The position numbers and the translations under genes were made by a program. Source: Promethearchaeota archaeon (GTDB taxonomy: Archaea; Asgardarchaeota; Lokiarchaeia; Sigyniarchaeales; SOKP01). Taken from it: a stretch of DNA of 42,575 bases. The notes beneath the pieces are model-generated. The model was not told where the DNA came from. It ran no database searches and saw only the letters and a program-made list of their open reading frames with translations. The stretch covers positions 1 to 42,575 of the forward strand of contig JBHLOI010000031.1 in the NCBI GenBank assembly GCA_048940645.1, read 5' to 3'. Of the stretch, positions 37,849 through 42,575 are shown in pieces (the first letter of the stretch is position 1; each line of letters opens with the position of its first letter).

Positions 37849-38073
37849 TTGGTTAGAAAGGGTGGAAAAAGAGTAATCCACTTTTATAATTCAAGTGGTG
37901 ATTTAGACAATACAATAAAATTCCTTGAAAATATCCAAAAAAAGGTTAATTATCTTAATTTAAATTGTGTAGTAGAGGGTAAATCTATTAAAATTACCTT
38001 ATTTGGACCAAGAGATCTTCAGTATCTCGCAATCGAGAGGTTGAGGGAGTTGGCTAACCAATTCTTATCATAA
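37849..38073 (+). CDS. Small protein resembling the N-terminal part of the archaeal DUF2067 family
   Basis: Position between csl4 and rpoL; pattern V.GKSIKITLFG......AIERLREL. Confidence 0.5.
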   Translation: MVRKGGKRVIHFYNSSGDLDNTIKFLENIQKKVNYLNLNCVVEGKSIKITLFGPRDLQYLAIERLRELANQFLS

Positions 38074-38168
38074 AAATTGATGGCAAAAATATCTGGTTTT
38101 TATAAACCAAAAAAAATTTATTTTACTTTAAATTAGAATTAATAGATTTGAAGCTTTTGGTGTAAATT

Positions 38169-38660
38169 TTGGCAAAAAAAAAATCTGAACCTAAAGAAGA
38201 GGATGAGTTTGAGGAATTAGATGATGATTTACTAGAAGATGATGAGAGTATTTATCCAAGCTTAGGTAGAAAAAAAAGCAAAATTGAAGATGAAGAACAA
38301 TTTAACATTGAAGATGACGAGATTCTTGAAGAAGAATATGAATATGAAATAGAAGAACCACCTAAACAACCAGAATATAAATATTTGAACTTAACTCTTA
38401 CAAAGGGAAAGAAAGAAAAGGATTATAAATTGGCGGTAGAAGGCCAGTCTCATGGATTTTTAAATATTCTCGTTAAGCATCTTTTAACTATTGAAGGCGT
38501 TAAATCAGCAGCATATAAGGTGACACGGATAGACCCCCCAGAAGTATTTATCCGCATGGAAGATGGTTATAAAATCAAACAAGTTCTTCACAAAGGAATA
38601 CAGTTATTAAGGAATGATGTTAATGAAGTACAAAAAGTGTTTAAAACTCTAATGAAATAA
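38169..38660 (+). CDS. rpoL: DNA-directed RNA polymerase subunit L (Rpo11) with acidic N-terminal extension
   Basis: VEGQSHGFLNILVKHL...GVKSAAYK; conserved archaeal linkage to csl4. Confidence 0.78.
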   Translation: MAKKKSEPKEEDEFEELDDDLLEDDESIYPSLGRKKSKIEDEEQFNIEDDEILEEEYEYEIEEPPKQPEYKYLNLTLTKGKKEKDYKLAVEGQSHGFLNILVKHLLTIEGVKSAAYKVTRIDPPEVFIRMEDGYKIKQVLHKGIQLLRNDVNEVQKVFKTLMK

Positions 38661-38713
38661 TTTTTCCTTATTTTATATAAAATTTATAAGACTTTAATTC
38701 TCAACTAAAAGTA

Positions 38714-39172
38714 ATGGCTTATGATATTATTATTAGAGATTTATCTTCGAAAGAATCCCAGAAAGCCATAGGAACTGATAAGGGCTTGGCTAAAATTGGG
38801 GATGGTATTGTAAATTTTGCTTATTCTGTGGCTAAATCCATTTTCTTAACCAAAAATAGTTTAAATAAAAAAGTTATTCGAACTGGAAAAAAAGTTAATA
38901 AAAAAATTTTAGCAGATGCTTTAAGGAAGGCAAATTTGAAAATATATGCAAAAACGAGAGCTGATGCTCATGATTTAGCAGATACAGTTGAGGCATTAGT
39001 TGCATATGTTTGGTTAACTGGAAAAATGAATCTTGAATCAATGATTAATATCATTAGTGAGAATCTTTCTGGCGATCTTCAATCAAGAACTGAGGAAACA
39101 AAGAATGCAACTATCGCATTTATAAAACTACTAGATTATATAAAAAATTATCTTCCAAAATCTAAAACATGA
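38714..39172 (+). CDS. Archaeal RNase III-like protein
   Basis: DKGLAKIGDGIVNFAYS and ADTVEALVAYVW. Confidence 0.8.
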   Translation: MAYDIIIRDLSSKESQKAIGTDKGLAKIGDGIVNFAYSVAKSIFLTKNSLNKKVIRTGKKVNKKILADALRKANLKIYAKTRADAHDLADTVEALVAYVWLTGKMNLESMINIISENLSGDLQSRTEETKNATIAFIKLLDYIKNYLPKSKT

Positions 39173-39729
39173 AAGATTTTCCTATTACAATAGGATTTGA
39201 TGATGCAAGATTTGAGTTAAAATCAAAAATAAAAACAACTCAATTAATAGGTGCTGTTTGTCAAGGGACAAGACTAGTCAGTGTAGTGAAAAAACCCATT
39301 TCTATTGATGGAGATGATGCTACGGAAGTTTTAATAGAACTTGCTAAGCAAAATCAAAAACACATTCAATATATCCTAACCGATACCATAACGTTTGGAG
39401 GCTTTAACATTATAGATTTAGGTGAGATTTATAATAGTTTGAAAAAGCCTATTATATCAATAACAGAAAGAGAAGTTGACCTTGATTCCGTTAAAAAAGC
39501 TTTAATTAAGAAATTTCCGAACACTTACAAAAACAAACTCCAATATATCATAAATGCGGGAGAGTTATATGAGACAAATATCAAAACTGCCGGAGGCTCT
39601 TCTAAAATATATTTTCATTTAAAAGGAGTAGATTTTGAGGAGGTTGATGATTTAATGCAAAAGTTGTGTATTGATTCAAAACTTCCCGAGCCTGTGAGAA
39701 TTGCTCATATCATCGGTAAGGCGTTTTAA
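39169..39729 (+). CDS. DUF99 family (endonuclease V-like) protein
   Basis: IGFDD, IDGDDAT, TFGGFNIID, KLPEPVRIAHII; ATGA overlap with the upstream gene. Confidence 0.88.
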   Translation: MKDFPITIGFDDARFELKSKIKTTQLIGAVCQGTRLVSVVKKPISIDGDDATEVLIELAKQNQKHIQYILTDTITFGGFNIIDLGEIYNSLKKPIISITEREVDLDSVKKALIKKFPNTYKNKLQYIINAGELYETNIKTAGGSSKIYFHLKGVDFEEVDDLMQKLCIDSKLPEPVRIAHIIGKAF

Positions 39730-40211
39730 AACGTAGCGACTTCGTATTCTAATATCTCTTTCATTCTCTGACGTAGTTCAGGGCGAATTGCAGTCATTCC
39801 ATAAGTTTTTAATCCACCTAACCTTTTTTGAATATCTTCTGCGCTCATAGCTCCTGGTAAGTCTTGTTTGTTTGCTATTGCAATGATTTTAGTCCCTAAA
39901 CTGCGTTCAAATCGATCATATATCTCTTTTGTTTTTTCAACCCCCTTCTTTGTGGAATCACAAACTAATACTGCTAAACCTGCGCCTCTTAAAAAATCCT
40001 TCCACATGAACTTAAATCGTTCTTGACCCCCTAAATCCCAAATACTAACCTTTTTTCCATTTAAAACAGAATTTTCAACTTCCAATCCTACTGTTGGAAC
40101 TCTCTTTCGTGGAATTTTTTTACCTTGTAGTAATGATAATAAAGATGTTTTTCCCACGCCTCCTTCACCAAGCAGGCAAATCTTCGATTTTGTTGTAAAA
40201 ATCCTTAACAA
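39726..40211 (-). CDS. Arf-like small GTPase
   Basis: GEGGVGKT, PTVG, WDLGGQERFKFMW, ANKQDLP. Confidence 0.9.
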   Translation of the reverse strand: MLRIFTTKSKICLLGEGGVGKTSLLSLLQGKKIPRKRVPTVGLEVENSVLNGKKVSIWDLGGQERFKFMWKDFLRGAGLAVLVCDSTKKGVEKTKEIYDRFERSLGTKIIAIANKQDLPGAMSAEDIQKRLGGLKTYGMTAIRPELRQRMKEILEYEVATF

Positions 40212-40375
40212 CCCCTTCTACTTCATATTTGCTATAAATAGAAAGGATTAACAACACTTCAAAAATTAAAATAATATTGACATGATATGTTAATTTTAAA
40301 GTATTATATCTAATAGACCCAATTGGAAAGGTTAAGTATTAATTTGCAAATTTAAGATATTCTTTATCCATATCT

Positions 40376-40430
40376 TTTTAAATTTTCTTATCATCTTTTC
40401 ATATTGGAGAAATAAAGATTAATGAATCCT
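40376..40430 (+). promoter_or_regulatory. Upstream element shared by the two solute-binding protein paralogs (copy 1)
   Basis: TTTTTAAATTTTCTTATC..CATATTGGAGAAATAA..AATGAATCCT, near-identical to 42273-42328. Confidence 0.55.
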
Positions 40431-40466
40431 TTTAGGAAAACTCCTAATTAAATAATTTAATCTGAT

Positions 40467-42176
40467 ATGGGTAAAAAAGACATAATAATCTCAATTTTAA
40501 CCACATTTTTGATTGTTTCGGGTGTTGGAAATGTTTATTTTGCCCTGAATAGACCATTCTCATTTAGTTATGGCGAACCTACGGAATTAAAATACGCAAG
40601 TAGGTATATTGCTAGGGATGTTGACCCTCAATGGGCGTGGGATTCAGCCTCCTTTGAATTTGCTGCCCAAATATGGGAAGGTTTATTTGCGATAGATTTA
40701 TCAGATCCTCAATTTAGTCTCGTCCCCCGATTAGCCACCTCACTAGGGTCATATTCGTCTGATGGGAAAGAATTAACAATACCACTAAAACGAGGAGTTA
40801 AATTTCACGATGGCACGCTGTTTAATGCTGAAGCTGTTAAGTTTAGTTTTGATAGGTTAGCCTATTTAATGAATGTTTTTGGTACTCTACCCCCAACTTG
40901 TTATTATAACATTCCAACTATTATGCATTCACTATATGAATGGTCTGATGGCACTCCTATTATTAATCATACTGAAATGATTGATTCTTATACAATAAAG
41001 TTTGTACTAAATAAACCATTTGGACCATTTCGGCATCTTTTAGCATTTCCAGGTTCCTGTATTTTATCTCCTCTCTCAACTCCTTCCGATGATTATATCA
41101 TACCATCTACGGCTGGTCCTGACAATTGCGTTGGAACTGGACCTTTTATATTAGAAGAATTTGGACCATTTGACATACGATTCCATGCCTATGATGGTTA
41201 TCATCTAGGTAAGTCTAAGATTGATAATTTGGTATTTATTAAAATCTTCGATCATGAGGCTAGAAATATAGCTGTATTAAGCGGTGCTGTTGATATTATA
41301 ATAGGTGGTCTTTATTCTTATTATGATGATTTTGAGGAAAACGACAATATTGTTCTTTTTGATGATCTTCCCAGCTGGTGGTTTGAATTTATTAAAATTC
41401 TTAATCAAGATATAAACTCTACTTGGAGAAAAGCAATTTCATTTGCTATTAATTATTCATGTATCATTAATTTATTGACTAACAATCACTCCTTTAGATT
41501 AAATGGTATTTTAGCACCCTGTATCTTCGGATATGATCCAACCATTAAACCAATAAATTATAACCTAACATATGCTAGAGAAGTTATGGTTAATATGGGT
41601 TTTGGAAATGAATTTTGGACTGATATTCAATGGCGAGCTTCAGAATTTGCCTCTTGGAATTTTACATATATTTCAAGATCAGATGCTGAGCAAAAAATAT
41701 ATGAAGTGCTAAGGGATAACTTAGATTTAATTGGAATTAATCTTACTGAAGGAGAAAAAACTTATTATGAGTGGATTCGTGACAAGATTTGGAGTCCACC
41801 TCCGCCTAGTATTGATTGGTGGTATAGTAGGCAAAATTTCTTATTTCTGGGATGGGTTCCGGACTATCCTGATGCATATAATAGTTTTCTTCCCTATTTT
41901 TCGACCACTGCTTCTAGTACATGGTTCCCTCAACATCTCAATCCAATTACCGATCCTTGGATTGAACAAAAGTTAGAGCAAGCCTCACAAGAGTTTAACG
42001 ATACAGCAAGAGCCGCGATTTATTCAGAAATTCAAAGGTATAATAATGAAGAACTATTTCCACTGATATATTTATATCATAATCCTGTGACGTATATCCA
42101 TAATATACATCTGAAAAATGTTCCTTATAACCCAACAGGAGTATTTTATGCTTATCCCATCGAATTTGAGGAATAA
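40467..42176 (+). CDS. ABC transporter substrate-binding protein, family 5 (OppA/DppA-like)
   Basis: N-terminal hydrophobic anchor, LKRGVKFHDGTLFNAEAVKFSFDR, VGTGPF, RKAISFAIN, GWVPDYPD. Confidence 0.92.
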   Translation: MGKKDIIISILTTFLIVSGVGNVYFALNRPFSFSYGEPTELKYASRYIARDVDPQWAWDSASFEFAAQIWEGLFAIDLSDPQFSLVPRLATSLGSYSSDGKELTIPLKRGVKFHDGTLFNAEAVKFSFDRLAYLMNVFGTLPPTCYYNIPTIMHSLYEWSDGTPIINHTEMIDSYTIKFVLNKPFGPFRHLLAFPGSCILSPLSTPSDDYIIPSTAGPDNCVGTGPFILEEFGPFDIRFHAYDGYHLGKSKIDNLVFIKIFDHEARNIAVLSGAVDIIIGGLYSYYDDFEENDNIVLFDDLPSWWFEFIKILNQDINSTWRKAISFAINYSCIINLLTNNHSFRLNGILAPCIFGYDPTIKPINYNLTYAREVMVNMGFGNEFWTDIQWRASEFASWNFTYISRSDAEQKIYEVLRDNLDLIGINLTEGEKTYYEWIRDKIWSPPPPSIDWWYSRQNFLFLGWVPDYPDAYNSFLPYFSTTASSTWFPQHLNPITDPWIEQKLEQASQEFNDTARAAIYSEIQRYNNEELFPLIYLYHNPVTYIHNIHLKNVPYNPTGVFYAYPIEFEE

Positions 42177-42272
42177 TCGCTCCATTTCTCTTTATTTTTA
42201 TATGAGCCTGTTAGGCTCAGTTGAAATGATAAGGCATTAATTTACTACTTTAAAATGTTATTAATCAATATA

Positions 42273-42328
42273 TTTTTAAATTTTCTTATCTTCTCTTCAT
42301 ATTGGAGAAATAAGACCAATGAATCCTT
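42273..42328 (+). promoter_or_regulatory. Upstream element shared by the two solute-binding protein paralogs (copy 2)
   Basis: Near-identical to 40376-40430. Confidence 0.55.
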
Positions 42329-42361
42329 ATAAAGTCTTACAATTATATAGTTTAACTTGAA

Positions 42362-42575
42362 ATGGATAAAAAAGACATAATAATCTCAATTTTAACTGCA
42401 TTTCTTATAGTTTCAGGTGTTGGAAATGTTTATTTTGCCCTGAATAGACCATTCTCACTTAGTTATGGCGAACCTATGGAATTAAAATACGCAAGTAGGT
42501 ATATTGCCGAGGATATCGACCCTCAATACTCTTGGAGTTCGCCTTCCTTTGAATTCTCAGCACAAATATGGGAAG
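42362..42575 (+). CDS. Second family-5 substrate-binding protein, tandem paralog (partial, runs off the right edge)
   Basis: MDKKDIIISILTAFLIVSGVGNVYFALNRPFSLSYGEPMELKYASRYIAEDIDPQYSWSSPSFEFSAQIWE, nearly identical to the N-terminus of 40467-42176. Confidence 0.88.
   Translation, partial: MDKKDIIISILTAFLIVSGVGNVYFALNRPFSLSYGEPMELKYASRYIAEDIDPQYSWSSPSFEFSAQIWE

Noticed and set aside
1489-41976. The many 60-130 aa ORFs overlapping long genes (for example 3182-3442, 12989-13270, 15720-16001, 24539-24844, 24844-25239, 41731-41976)
   Set aside because: Antisense or alternate-frame shadows of well-supported genes, with no recognisable motifs

Overview
AT-rich archaeal chromosomal segment whose gene content points to an Asgard archaeon, most likely Lokiarchaeia (inference). 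The evidence is three tandem Rab-like GTPases, an Arf-like GTPase, a longin/uDENN-like protein, a STT3-like AglB and a stand-alone EF-2 with an altered diphthamide loop. Most genes are housekeeping: Taw1/TYW1, EngB, EF-2, CCA-adding enzyme, aIF5B, UvrA/UvrB, AglB, TruA, RFC small subunit, enolase, METTL5-like methylase, a Csl4-RpoL-RNase III-like-DUF99 cluster and duplicated family-5 solute-binding proteins. The standout is a two-gene minus-strand cassette (7036-11862) between taw1 and engB. It encodes a caspase-like CHAT protease-P-loop NTPase-helical repeat protein (NLR/apoptosome-like) and, 33 bp downstream, a soluble LRR-TIR protein with the TIR catalytic Glu retained, making it a candidate innate-immunity module. 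Other oddities are a winged-helix-like insertion in Taw1, Rho/Rac-like features in the Rab-like triplet, a probable ATT start codon, a membrane protein-hydrolase fusion explicable by a 1-nt deletion, and five beta-sandwich repeats on AglB. No rRNA, tRNA, CRISPR array or transposase was recognised. All family calls are by motif recognition, not database search.
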